A stretch of DNA of 64,000 nucleotides from an uncultured Acidobacteriota bacterium (lineage in GTDB: Bacteria > Acidobacteriota > Terriglobia > UBA7540): positions 640,001 through 704,000 of the forward strand of contig CAWDSK010000003.1 in the NCBI GenBank assembly GCA_963804995.1, in the 5' to 3' direction. Within the stretch, counting starts at the first letter, position 1, and the number at the start of each line of letters is the position of its first letter. This document shows positions 30,876 through 41,800 of this stretch, in pieces. A program made the position numbers and the translations under genes. The notes beneath the pieces are model-generated. The model made no database searches. It saw only the letters and a program-made list of their open reading frames with translations, and had not been told where the DNA came from.

Positions 30876-32192
30876 GTGAAGGTCAGCATTTTGAACCGGA
30901 TGGTGGCGGCGGCTATAGTAAGCTCGGCGATGTTGGTGGGAATGAGCATACCGACCAACGGCCAGCCACAACCGCAGCAAGACGAGAAAGCGCAAAAACA
31001 GGAGCAAAAGCACGCCCAGCAGCAACCCCAGCAACAGCGGGTCCAACCGCAACCACAGCAACAACACGCCCAACAGCAACCCCAGCAACAGCGGGCCCAA
31101 CCGCAACCACAGCAACAACACGCCCAACAGCAGCCGCAGCAGCAGCGCGTTCAGCAGCAACCCCAGCAACAGCGTGCTGAGCAGCCGCCGCAACAACAGC
31201 GCGTTCAGCAGCGGCCCCAACAACAACGCGCCGAACAGCAACCTCAGCAACAGCGCGTTCAGCAGCAACCCCAACAACAGCGTGCCGAACAGCAACCCCA
31301 GCAACACGTCGTTCAGCAGCCGCCTCAGCAACAACGCGGTCAGCAGCAACCCCAGCAACAGGTCGTTCAGCAGCCGCCTCAGCAACAACGCGGTCGGCAG
31401 CAACCGCAGCAACAGGTCGTTCAGCAGCCACCTCAGCAACAACGCGGTCGGCAGCAACCGCAGCAACAGGTCGTTCAGCAGCCACCTCAGCAACAACGCG
31501 GTCGGCAGCAACCGCAGCAACAGGTCGTTCAGCAGCCACCTCAGCAACAACGCGGTCGGCAGCAACCGCAGCAACAGGTGGCGCAAGGCCGTCTACCGCA
31601 GCAGCGTCAGCAGCAGCTTATTCAACAGCAACAGCGGCAGGTGACGCAGTACCGCCAAACTTTGGATCAGGGGCAGCGTGCCGAACCCCAGCGTGTGGCG
31701 GCCCTTCAGCAACAAGGACGGAAGGCGGGGTACCGTTATCAGCAACAGTATTCAGACCACGTCCGTCAGCAGCAAATGCGTCTCCAGAACGATCGCCACG
31801 ATTACAACAGTGATCCTTACTTCTACACGGCTGCGAACTATCGTTACAACCGAGGCGGCCGCTACTACGAGACGAATCAATACGGCGCGGATTTGCTCCG
31901 GCAGGCCGTGAACTACGGTTATCAGGAAGGCTTCGGCGCCGGACAGGCAGATCGGCAGGACGGCTGGCGTTCCGACTACCAGGACTCGTATGCCTACCAG
32001 GACGCGAACTACGGCTACGATGGATATTATGTGGAGCAGGCAGACTACAACTACTACTTCCGTGAGGGTTTCCGTCGCGGTTATGAGGATGGTTACTACG
32101 GCCGGCATCAATTCGGCAGCTATTCCAGCGGCAATTACACAATCCTTGGTGGCATTTTGGGGTCAATCCTCGACTTGCAGTCGCTTCGCTAA
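30876..32192 (+). CDS. Secreted Gln-rich tandem-repeat protein with Tyr/Gly-rich C-terminal domain
   Basis: AAGGAGGT RBS plus GTG; signal peptide; 20-aa repeats; GYQEG..AG..DR and YFREGFRRGYEDGY. Confidence 0.85.
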   Translation: MKVSILNRMVAAAIVSSAMLVGMSIPTNGQPQPQQDEKAQKQEQKHAQQQPQQQRVQPQPQQQHAQQQPQQQRAQPQPQQQHAQQQPQQQRVQQQPQQQRAEQPPQQQRVQQRPQQQRAEQQPQQQRVQQQPQQQRAEQQPQQHVVQQPPQQQRGQQQPQQQVVQQPPQQQRGRQQPQQQVVQQPPQQQRGRQQPQQQVVQQPPQQQRGRQQPQQQVVQQPPQQQRGRQQPQQQVAQGRLPQQRQQQLIQQQQRQVTQYRQTLDQGQRAEPQRVAALQQQGRKAGYRYQQQYSDHVRQQQMRLQNDRHDYNSDPYFYTAANYRYNRGGRYYETNQYGADLLRQAVNYGYQEGFGAGQADRQDGWRSDYQDSYAYQDANYGYDGYYVEQADYNYYFREGFRRGYEDGYYGRHQFGSYSSGNYTILGGILGSILDLQSLR

Positions 32193-32309
32193 TGGCTAAG
32201 AGGGGGGCGCCCTAAACAGGCGCCCATACCCCCGTACTCCCAGGTAATCGCAATTGCAAATCATTCCGATTCCTTCAGTCCCAGCCTGTCTGTCCCCCCG
32301 ATATCCTGG

Positions 32310-32375
32310 ATGAGCAATTTTGACCAAACGGGTGAGCAGTTCGGGACTGAAAGATGCTTCACCTCAGGATATAAG
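32310..32375 (+). promoter_or_regulatory. Doublet CRP-geometry motif plus -10 (TATAAG)
   Basis: ATGAGCAATTTTGACCAAAC 32310; GTGAGCAGTTCGGGACTGAA 32332; -10 at 32370. Confidence 0.7.
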
Positions 32376-32539
32376 GAGTGTGCTGCGAGGGCTCCGGCTG
32401 CCTGACATCGCCGCCTGAAAGGTAGCAAGGAAAAAGAAGATGGGTGCTGAGAGCTCAAGGGATTTCCGGGCGGCGGGTGGCGCCCTTCTCTTAGAAGCCT
32501 CCGCTAATGCTTGACCGCGAGGGGATAAGGAGGATACCG

Positions 32540-32764
32540 ATGAGTAAATTCAGCTTAGGGCTTGTCCTGTTGATTATCGGTGCGGGTCTGCTTCTGGTGG
32601 GTGGAGTTTCCTATACGACTCAAGACCGAACGAAGATTGGGCCCATCGCCATCGAGTATCCCGAGCAGCATCGCATTCCCTATTCGCCGCTCGCGGGAGC
32701 GCTTCTGGCGGTGACGGGTGGTGCTCTGATGGTTACCGGGCGCGGCAAGAGCCATCAGTCGTAA
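32540..32764 (+). CDS. Small two-TM membrane protein (DUF3185-like)
   Basis: AAGGAGG RBS; TM-GG.SYT....KIGPI-IP..P.AG-TM. Confidence 0.7.
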   Translation: MSKFSLGLVLLIIGAGLLLVGGVSYTTQDRTKIGPIAIEYPEQHRIPYSPLAGALLAVTGGALMVTGRGKSHQS

Positions 32765-32855
32765 TGCTGCGCGGATCGCGCACCTGGCAAGGCGCCCCCA
32801 ACCGGCAGGCTTAGGATAGCCCGCCAGCAAGCATCCTTAAGAAATGGAGAAACAT

Positions 32856-33374
32856 ATGAAACCAAACAGCAAAACAGTATGGGCCAGAGTTATCTTCACC
32901 TTTCTGATCACTGTGACGTTAGGACTAACCCTGATGCCGCTCGCTTCCGCAGGCGATCGTGGCGATGTTAAGAAGGTGCAGGAGACTCTGCGCGACAAAG
33001 GCTACTACACGGGGCCGGTCGATGGCATCATGGGCGACCAAACTCGGGCAGCTATTCGCCAGTATCAGCAATCTGAGAATCTGCCTGTTACAGGACATCT
33101 GGATTCCGGGACGGCGGGCAAACTTGGCGTGGGGCCGGAGTCGGTAGGCGGCGATTTTAAGGCCTCCGGCGAAGCGGTTGGAACGGGGGGCAAGGGAGTC
33201 GGCCATGAGATGAAGGAAGGCAAGCCCATCGCGGCAGGCAAGGAAATGGGCAAGGGTCTAGGCCGAGGAGGCAAGGACATCGGTAAGGGCGTCAAAGCAG
33301 CGGTCAGCCCCAAAAGCGACAGCGGTGACCGTGAAAAGAAGGCGAAAGCTGATTCCGAAAAGCAGCCGCAGTAG
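32856..33374 (+). CDS. Secreted peptidoglycan-binding-domain protein with Gly/Lys-rich tail
   Basis: VKKVQETL..KGYY.GPVDGIMG.QTRAAIRQYQ....LPVTG.LD..T...LG. Confidence 0.85.
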   Translation: MKPNSKTVWARVIFTFLITVTLGLTLMPLASAGDRGDVKKVQETLRDKGYYTGPVDGIMGDQTRAAIRQYQQSENLPVTGHLDSGTAGKLGVGPESVGGDFKASGEAVGTGGKGVGHEMKEGKPIAAGKEMGKGLGRGGKDIGKGVKAAVSPKSDSGDREKKAKADSEKQPQ

Positions 33375-33480
33375 GTAAGTTCTCAGCAATCGCTAGCGTC
33401 TCCCCCAGCAGTCTAGGGACGCAAGGGGCCCATGAAAGGAACTGGCGTCGACCAGGGCCGATGTGTGTCACAACCTGGAG

Positions 33481-33579
33481 AACGATGTGCTGGTGAGTCA
33501 GGTGATTCGGACCAACGAATTTCAAGTCTGGTTCCTTGCCGAGCATCTCGTGGATGTCCCGTTGACCGAGGCGAAGTGA
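33481..33579 (+). pseudogene. dps: Dps C-terminal remnant
   Basis: NDVLVSQVIRTNEFQVWFLAEHLVDVPLTEAK*; no upstream Dps sequence. Confidence 0.7.
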
Positions 33580-33580
33580 A

Positions 33581-33790
33581 ATGATTCCCGACTATGACTT
33601 GTCGAACCTGCCGGCTTCTCATATCGACCTGTGGATTTACCTCCGGGTCGATGCCATCTTCGACCAGATCATGGCTGATCAGGCCAAGCGCCTGGGATTC
33701 CCTCTCGATCCAGGGGACGGCACCGTTTCAGTCCTGATGGAGAATCCGCTGGCGAGACCGAACCGCGTATCACCGGGAGCGGACGCATAA
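33581..33790 (+). CDS. Small hypothetical protein
   Basis: ATG directly after the dps remnant stop; no recognised family. Confidence 0.4.
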   Translation: MIPDYDLSNLPASHIDLWIYLRVDAIFDQIMADQAKRLGFPLDPGDGTVSVLMENPLARPNRVSPGADA

Positions 33791-33825
33791 GCGCCTGCCT
33801 CCGAAAACAAGGAGGTTCTAAATTT

Positions 33826-34038
33826 ATGTCCATAGTGCAAACACCTTTGGTACAAATCTTAATTGCTCTGGTCGTAGTGGGGGTTCTTCTCTGGCTTGTC
33901 AATACCTTCATTCCGATGGCGGGTTCCATCAAATCAATCCTGAATGCGGTCGTCATCATTCTGGTGGTTGTGTGGCTCCTGAATGTCTTTGGACTCATGC
34001 ATTACGTCACCCAGTTTCAAGTCGGCCACCGAGTGTGA
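33826..34038 (+). CDS. Thivi_2564-family small membrane protein
   Basis: AAGGAGGT RBS; LVVVGVLLWLVN.FIPMAGSIKSILNAVV. Confidence 0.8.
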   Translation: MSIVQTPLVQILIALVVVGVLLWLVNTFIPMAGSIKSILNAVVIILVVVWLLNVFGLMHYVTQFQVGHRV

Positions 34039-34067
34039 GGGTGCTCTTTAAAGGTCAGTTTTGAGCT

Positions 34068-35577
34068 TTATGGTACTTTGCTGATCAGTTGCGCAGGCGA
34101 TGGGAGCTGCGAGGCGTTCCAACCTCCACCGAGCGCCTCGATCAACCCTCCGCTGGCCGTCATCTGCTGAATTCGAAGATTGACCGCAGTTTCCTGATTG
34201 GATAGCAATGCGGTTTGCGCGGTAAGCACATTCAGGTAAGGATCGATTCCCAAGCTGTAGCGATCCTTGGCGATCGCGAGGCTTCTTTCCGCCGATTTGA
34301 CCGCCGTGTCCTGATATTGAATCTCCACCGACAGGATCCGCAGCGACGCGAGGTTGTCTTCAACTTGTTGAAAAGCCGTTAGCACCGTCTGCCGATAGTT
34401 GGCCACGGTCTCGTCGTACTGGGCTCTGAATTGCTCCACCGTGGCCCGGCGCAACCCCGCGTCAAAAAGGGTTTCCGCGGCTGCCGGGCCAACCGAGAAA
34501 AAGCGGCTCGGCCATGTGAACCAACTCGCGATCGAAGTGCTTTCGAGTCCTGCCGCGGCGCTTAACGTTACCGTCGGAAAGTATGCTGCCCTCGCAATGC
34601 CAATCTGGGCGTTGGCCTGAGCAACCTGGCGCTCTGCTGCGGCGATGTCGGGACGCCGCTCAAGAAGCTGGGACGGAACGCCGAGAGGGAATCGCCGGAG
34701 GGCTTGAGTTGAGCGGTTCGATGGGAATTGAAAACGTCGATGCCGGTTGGCCGGTCAGCATGGCGATGGCATGTTCAAACTGCGCCCGTTGGACGCCCAG
34801 AGCGGCATCCTGTGCTTGCGTGGCTTCGAGTTGAGTCTCGGCTTGCGCCACGGCTTCGTCCGAGTCGATGCCTGTCTCGTACAGAGCCCTGGTCAGATCG
34901 AGAGACTGTTGAAAAGCGACCACAGTAGAATCCAACAACTGCTTTAAAGCATCCTGTCCGCGAAGTTGAAAGTAATCCACAGCAACATCGGCCTGGACAG
35001 TGAGGCGGGTATTCTCCAGATCCGCCGCGCTGGCCTGCGCTCCGTAGGCAGCCGATTTGATCGTGTTCCGGATACGGCCGAACAAGTCCGGCTGCCATGT
35101 CGCATCAAACGGGAGGGTATAATCAGTAAATGTACTCGTCGAGGAAGATGTGGAACCTCCCGCTTTGCCACTGGATAATGTGGCCGACGGCCGTTGCACG
35201 GTAATGGCTGGGTTGGTCGTCACTCGAGGGAAAAGCTGGGATCGAGCTTCCTTGACCAGGGCGCGCGCGGCAAAAAAGCTTGCCGCAGCAGCGGCGATGT
35301 TTTGGTTTGAAACATTAACCTTCTCTTCCAGCGCATTCAACTGAGGATCGTTGAAAATCTCCCACCATTTACCGCGAAGCGCATCATCTTTCGGCTGCGC
35401 CACTTTCCAACCTTCCGTATTTTTGTAATCGGCGGGAGTGAGTTCCTTGTATGCCGCAGGAGTTTCCGCGGTCGGTGTGTGGTACTTTGGGCCGACCGTG
35501 CACCCTGCCAGGAGGCAAGATGTCACGGCGAGACACATTCTGGCTCTTAGATGGAAAGAAGTCATAATCTTATGCAC
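34068..35577 (-). CDS. RND efflux outer-membrane lipoprotein (NodT/OprM family); 1-nt insertion at about 34686
   Basis: LLAGC lipobox, WWEIFNDPQLN.L; removing one base restores IPLGVPSQLLERRPDIAAAER. Confidence 0.88.
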
Positions 35578-35696
35578 CCCCTAACCCGCCCTTCCAAACC
35601 CGTGGTGAAAAATCCGGGATCGTGACATGCATTCTTTGTGGCGCCGCCGTCCCGGCGGCATTTTCCGCTGCGGCAAGATGCCGGCGCTACTCTCCC

Positions 35697-38600
35697 CTAA
35701 ACCGCAGCGCTGGGGGCTGGTCCGGCCCCACGGTCAAGGATAAGGATGTCGTGTTGCTTTCCGCGCATCCGTAGCCGCAGCCGGTCGAACGCCAAATAGA
35801 CGACCGGCGTTGTATAGAGCGTGAGCAACTGACTCAAGATCAGCCCTCCCACAATCGTGATGCCCAGGGGCCGGCGGAGCTCATACCCCATGCCCGTCCC
35901 CAGCGCCAAGGGCAGAGCGCCCAATAACGCCGCCATCGTGGTCATCAGGATCGGACGGAAGCGCAACATGCACGCTTCAAATATCGCGTCGGCTGGGCTC
36001 TTTCCCTCCTCGCGCTCTGCCTGAAGAGCGAAATCGATCATCATGATGGCGTTCTTTTTTACGATTCCGATCAGCAGCACAATGCCAATGATGGAGACGA
36101 TATTCAGATCCACTTTAAAGAGCAGCAAGGCGAGCATCGCGCCTACGCTCGCCGACGGTAAACTCGAGATGATGGTCAGTGGATGGACCAGGCTTTCATA
36201 CAAAATACCGAGAACGATGTACACCGCCAGCAGCGCCGTCAGAATCAGCACGGGCTCGGTGCCAAGAGATTGCTGGTAGGCCAGCAGCGTGCCGGCAAAA
36301 AAGCCTTGCAGCGTGGAAGGCGCGCCGAGCCGCTTTTGCATCTGGCTGATGCTCGATGTGGCATCGCTCAAAGACACGTTCGGCGCGAGGTTAAAGGACA
36401 CGGTGACCGAGGGGAATAAGCCCGTATGGTTGATGGCCAGTGGTGTTGTGTTGGCTTGGCCCTTGGCCACCGCGAGCAGCGGAATGTTCCTGCCGCTGGA
36501 CGTAAGAAGGTAGATGTCTTTCAATCCTTCCGGGCTTTGCCAATACTGGGGAGCAACTTCCAGCACCACGTAATACTGATTTAACTGCGTGTAGATGATG
36601 GACACTTGCGATTGGCCGAATGCGCCGTATAACGCCGAGTCCAGCGACTTTGCGGTAAGGCCGAGCTTTGCCGCAGTGACGCGATCATAGCTCATCAGCT
36701 CATCCAGACCGCCATTCTGCTGGTCTGAGCTTACGTCCTGCAGACCGGGCAGGCGCTTCATCGCACTCTGTAGGATCGGTCCCCACTTGGAAAGATCCTG
36801 CACAGTGTCGGTTTGGATCGTGTACTGGTACATCGCATTACCGGACCGGCCGCCGATGCGCAGATCCTGCACGGGTTGGAGGAACGCGGAAGCCCCCGGC
36901 AGACGGTTCAATTGGGGGCGCAGGCGATCGATGACCTGAGCGGCACTGACATTGCGTTCCGCCAGCGGCTTGAGCGCAATGTTGATGGAGCCGGTATTGG
37001 TGGCCCCACCGCCGCCACAAAACCCCGTCACATTGGCGACGGCAGGATCATTCTTGATCACGCCGATGATCTGCTGAAGGGCGTTGTTCGTCGCCGGGAA
37101 GGATGAATCCTGCGGCCCTCGCACCCCACCGGAGATCGCTCCCGTGTCCTCCACCGGGAAAAAGCCCTTGGGTATCTTGTAGATCAGCACCACATTGAGG
37201 GCGATGGTAAGGAAGAGTACGCTGAGGGTAAGGGCTGGATGGTCGAGCACCCAATGCAGCGTGCTGCGGTATAACGACAGCACCCACTCAAAGAACTTTT
37301 CGCTGGCCGTGAAGATGCGGCCATGTTTTTCCGCGCGCTCGTTTTTCAACAGGTAGGCGCACATCATGGGCGTGGTGGTCAGTGAGATGATCATGGACAC
37401 GAGAATGGCCGTCGAGAGGGTGACGGCAAACTCGCGGAAGAGACGGCCCACAATTCCGCCCATCAACAGAAGAGGGATAAAGACGGCAATGAGCGAAATG
37501 CTGATGGTGAAGACGGTGAACCCGATTTCTTTCGCGCCCTTCAGCGCCGCGGCAAAGGGCCTTATGCCGTTTTCCAGATGGCGCGTGATATTTTCCATCA
37601 CCACGATGGCATCATCGACCACAAATCCCGTTGAAATGGTCATGGCCATCAGCGAGAGGTTGTCGAGGGTATATCCGAACAGATACATCACTGCGAACGT
37701 ACCAATCAGCGAGACCGGCACAGCGACGGCGGGAATGAGCGTGGCGCGGCCGTTGCGCAGGAAGACAAACACCACGACGATGACGAGGCCGATGGAAATG
37801 AGCAGCGTCCTCTCAACGTCACCGACCGAGGCGCGGATGGTTGTGGTGCGATCAAGAACGATGGTGGTATCGATGCCCAGCGGAATGGATGCCTGGATAA
37901 CCGGAAGTTGCGCGCGTATGCGGTCGACCGTGGCAATGATGTTGGCGCCGGGCTGGCGGAAGATCATCATCGTAATCGCGCGCTTGCCGTTCAAATAGCC
38001 GGCAGCACGGACGTTCTGCACGGAGTCTGTTACCTGAGCGACATCGGACAGGCGGACCGCCGCGCCGTGCTTATAACCGACGACGAGCGGCTTGTAGTCG
38101 TCGGCGTGCGAGATCTGGTCGTTGGCAAGGATGTCTGCGGTCACCATGCCATCAGAGATTTGGCCTTTGGCCAGGTCGGCGTTTTGCAGGCTCAGCACGG
38201 ATTGCAAATTCGCAAGGGTAAGTCCATAGCTGGCCAATTGTGTGGGATTGGCGTCCACACGCACGGACGGCAACGCGCCACCTCCGGTATTGACCTGCCC
38301 TACGCCCTGTATCTGCGACAACTTCTGCGCGATGACCGTGGAGGCTTCGTCATAGAGTTTATCGGGACCGTATTTGTCGGAGGTAAGGCCGAGAATCATG
38401 ATCGGCGCATCGGCGGGATTGACCTTGCGAAAGGTCGGATTGCCCGGCAGATTGGCGGGCAGATAGGTTCGCGCCGCATTGATGGCGGCCTGCACATCGC
38501 GCGCCGCGCCATCAATGTCGCGGCTGAGGTCAAACTGAATGGTGACCGATGTGCTGCCGAGCGTGCTCGCGGAGGTCATCTCCGTCACTCCGGCAATATG

Positions 38601-38816
38601 ACCGAACTGCCGCTCCAGGGGAGTGGCGACGGACGACGCCATAATGTCGGCGCTGGCTCCCGGCAAGCCTGCACTGACGGAAATAGTCGGAAAGTCGACC
38701 TCCGGCAGGGGCGCTACCGGCAGCACCTCATACGCAACCGCCCCGGCAAGGGCAATCGCCACCGTGAGCAGCGTCGTAGCCACTGGCCGGCGAATGAAGG
38801 GTTCGGAGATGTTCAT
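35697..38816 (-). CDS. mdtC: RND permease, MdtC-like
   Basis: FIRRPVATTLL, GFVVDDAIVVMENI, GIVKKNAIMMIDFA. Confidence 0.88.
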   Translation of the reverse strand: MNISEPFIRRPVATTLLTVAIALAGAVAYEVLPVAPLPEVDFPTISVSAGLPGASADIMASSVATPLERQFGHIAGVTEMTSASTLGSTSVTIQFDLSRDIDGAARDVQAAINAARTYLPANLPGNPTFRKVNPADAPIMILGLTSDKYGPDKLYDEASTVIAQKLSQIQGVGQVNTGGGALPSVRVDANPTQLASYGLTLANLQSVLSLQNADLAKGQISDGMVTADILANDQISHADDYKPLVVGYKHGAAVRLSDVAQVTDSVQNVRAAGYLNGKRAITMMIFRQPGANIIATVDRIRAQLPVIQASIPLGIDTTIVLDRTTTIRASVGDVERTLLISIGLVIVVVFVFLRNGRATLIPAVAVPVSLIGTFAVMYLFGYTLDNLSLMAMTISTGFVVDDAIVVMENITRHLENGIRPFAAALKGAKEIGFTVFTISISLIAVFIPLLLMGGIVGRLFREFAVTLSTAILVSMIISLTTTPMMCAYLLKNERAEKHGRIFTASEKFFEWVLSLYRSTLHWVLDHPALTLSVLFLTIALNVVLIYKIPKGFFPVEDTGAISGGVRGPQDSSFPATNNALQQIIGVIKNDPAVANVTGFCGGGGATNTGSINIALKPLAERNVSAAQVIDRLRPQLNRLPGASAFLQPVQDLRIGGRSGNAMYQYTIQTDTVQDLSKWGPILQSAMKRLPGLQDVSSDQQNGGLDELMSYDRVTAAKLGLTAKSLDSALYGAFGQSQVSIIYTQLNQYYVVLEVAPQYWQSPEGLKDIYLLTSSGRNIPLLAVAKGQANTTPLAINHTGLFPSVTVSFNLAPNVSLSDATSSISQMQKRLGAPSTLQGFFAGTLLAYQQSLGTEPVLILTALLAVYIVLGILYESLVHPLTIISSLPSASVGAMLALLLFKVDLNIVSIIGIVLLIGIVKKNAIMMIDFALQAEREEGKSPADAIFEACMLRFRPILMTTMAALLGALPLALGTGMGYELRRPLGITIVGGLILSQLLTLYTTPVVYLAFDRLRLRMRGKQHDILILDRGAGPAPSAAV

Positions 38817-41800
38817 GCCGGCCCTGCCAGTTCTGCGCCCCCGGTTTCCGGCGGGTTCGATTTGTGCGCAAAGCGCTGCGCCAGATTGTCAAAAAAGATG
38901 TAGATGACGGGCGTGGTGTAAAGCGTGAGCGCCTGGCTCAGCAGCAGTCCGCCCACCATGGCGATGCCCAGCGGCCGGCGCAACTCAGAACCGTAACCCG
39001 TTCCCAGCGCCAGCGGCAGACCCGCCAGCAGCGCGGCCATGGTGGTCATCATAATGGGGCGGAAGCGGAGCAGACACGCATCGTAAATTGCATCCGTCGC
39101 GTTCTTTCCGTGCTTCCGTTCGCCTTCCAGCGCGAAGTCGACCATCATAATGCCGTTCTTTTTCACGATACCGATCAGCAGGACGATGCCGATGATCGCC
39201 ACCACGCTTAAATCCTGGTGAAAAAGAAGCAACGCGAGGAAAGCGCCCACGCCCGCTGAGGGTAGCGTGGACAGAATCGTAATCGGGTGGATAAAGCTCT
39301 CGTACAAAACACCCAGCACGATGTACACCGTGACCAGCGCGGCAAGAATGAGCAACGGCTCATTGGCCAGCGAATTCGTGAAGGATGCCGCGGTGCCTTG
39401 AAAACCTGCCTGCAGGCTGGGAGGCATGTGCATGTCTTTCTGCGCTTTGTCGACCGCCGTAATGGCGTTGCCCAGTGCGGCATTCGGCGCGAGATTGAAC
39501 GACACGGTGATCGCCGGAAATTGACCCTGGTGGGTAATGGCGAGCGGCTCTGTCGTATTCTCAAAGTGCGCGAAGGCGCTCAGCGGCACGGCACTGCTTG
39601 TGGCTGAACTGGTAGTACCCGCAGAGCCGGCTCCCTTGCTGGACGTCGCCGTGGAGGTGCTCGCCGAAAGCGCGTTCAAGGGAGGAGCAAGGGTATTTGC
39701 CGCCGGAGTGTACAGTGCGGAAGTCGTCAGCGCATTGGATCCCGCGGAGGATGATCCGGAAGACGCAAAAGAGGAAGAGGCTCCCGCACCGCTTGCGCCT
39801 GAAGACGCATTGGACTGAATGTAAAGCTGGTTCAGCTTGTTGGGGTTTTTCTGAAACTGCGGCTCACTCTCGAGAACAACATGGTACTGGTTTACTTGGG
39901 TATACATCGTGCTGATCTGCCGCTGACCGAAGGCGTCATACAGGGTGTTATCGATGGTCGAAGGCGCGATGCCCAGTCGCGAAGCGGTGACCCGGTCGAT
40001 CACCAGAGATACGGCCAGCCCTCCCAATTGTTGATCGGTGGCCACATCTTCCAGTTCCGGCAACTGCTTCAGCCGGTCGACGAAACGGTTGGTCCAGTCA
40101 TTCAGTTCATTCGCATCGGGGTCTTCCAGTGCGTACTGGTATTGCGTGCGACTGACCCGGTCATCCACGGTAATGTTCTGCACAGGTTCCATAAACAACT
40201 GGATTCCCTGAACCTGGCTCACTCTGGAGTTGAGCCTGCGGATGAGGTCTGATGCGCTGATATTGCGCTGGTCGAGCGGCTTTAAGTTGATCGACATCCT
40301 ACCGCTGTTCGTCGTTACATTCGTTCCATCGGCGCCGATAAACGACGAGACGCTTTCCACCGCCGGGTCATCCAGAACTGCCTTGGTAATCTCCAACTGC
40401 TTCTTTGCCATGGCCTGCGAACTGATCGCCGGCGGCGCCTGCGTTATGCCCTGGATGACGCCCGTGTCCTGTACCGGGAAAAAACCTTTTGGGATCACGA
40501 TGTAAAGGAAAACCGTAAGCAGCAGTGTAGCCACGGCGACCAACAGCGTAACCGTCTGGAATCGAAGGACAAACTTCAGTGTCCGGCCATAGAACGCGAT
40601 CATCCCCTCGAAAGCACGCTCCGTGGCTCTATAGACGCGCCCCTGCTTCTCTTTTGGCTCGTGCCGCAAGATTCGCGCACTCATCATGGGCGTGAGCGTA
40701 AGGGAGACCACTGCCGAAACGATGATGGTGACGGCCAGTGTCACGGCAAATTCGCGGAACAGGCGCCCCACCACGTCGCCCATGAATAACAGCGGAATCA
40801 GTACGGCGATAAGTGACACGGTCAGCGAGAGAATGGTGAAGCCAATTTGCTCCGCGCCCTTGAGCGCCGCTTCCATGGGTGGATCGCCCGCTTCGATGTA
40901 CCGCGCGATGTTCTCGATCATCACGATGGCATCGTCCACAACGAAACCGGTGGAGATGGTCAGCGCCATCAGCGATAAGTTATCCAGGCTGTAACCAAGG
41001 ACGTACATCGCCGCGAAGGTGCCCACCAGTGACAGCGGCACAGCCACGCTGGGGATGATGGTGGCATAGAGACTCCGCAAGAAGAGGAAGATGACCAGCA
41101 CGACGAGTCCAACCGTCAACAGCAATTCGAACTCCACGTCGGAAACCGATGCTTCGATGGCGGTGGTAAGATCGGTAAGCGTGGTCACCAGAATGCCCGT
41201 GGGCAGGTTGGCCTCAAGCTGCGGCATGAGTCCCTTGATGCTCTTGACCACGCTGATGGTGTTGGCCCCGGGCTGGCGTTGCACATTCAGGATCACCGCA
41301 GGGGTCTGGTTCATCCACGCGGCCTGATTATTGTTCTCTACGCCATTCACGATGCGTGCCACGTCGGTCAGCATCACCGGCGCGCCGTTGCGGTAGGCAA
41401 CGACAACCTTCCCATAGTCGTCGCTGGTGACCAGTTGATCGTTGGCGTCGATCTGGTAATCCTGGCGCGGCCCATCGAAGTTCCCTTTGGCGGCGTTCAC
41501 ACTGGCATTTGTCAGCGCCGTGCGCAGGTCTTCCAGGTTGATGCCGTAGGATGACATCGCCGTAGGGTTGGCTTGAATGCGGACGGCGGGCTTTTGGCCG
41601 CCGCTGATGGTTACAAGACCGACCCCGTTGAGCTGCGAAATCTTAGGCGCAAGGCGCGTGTCCACAAGGTCTTCAACCTGAGAAAGCGGCATGGAATTTG
41701 AGGTGATGGCCAGGGTGAGCACAGGGGCATCGGCTGGATTCGTCTTACTGTAGGTCGGCGGCGCGGGCAGGATGGAGGGCAAAAGACTCTGCGACGCGTT

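Noticed and set aside
30861..31644. Leu-rich, Ala/Val-rich and Ser/Asn-rich repeat ORFs
   Set aside because: Alternative frames of the CAG/CAA repeats; only the Gln frame has an RBS, signal peptide and C-domain
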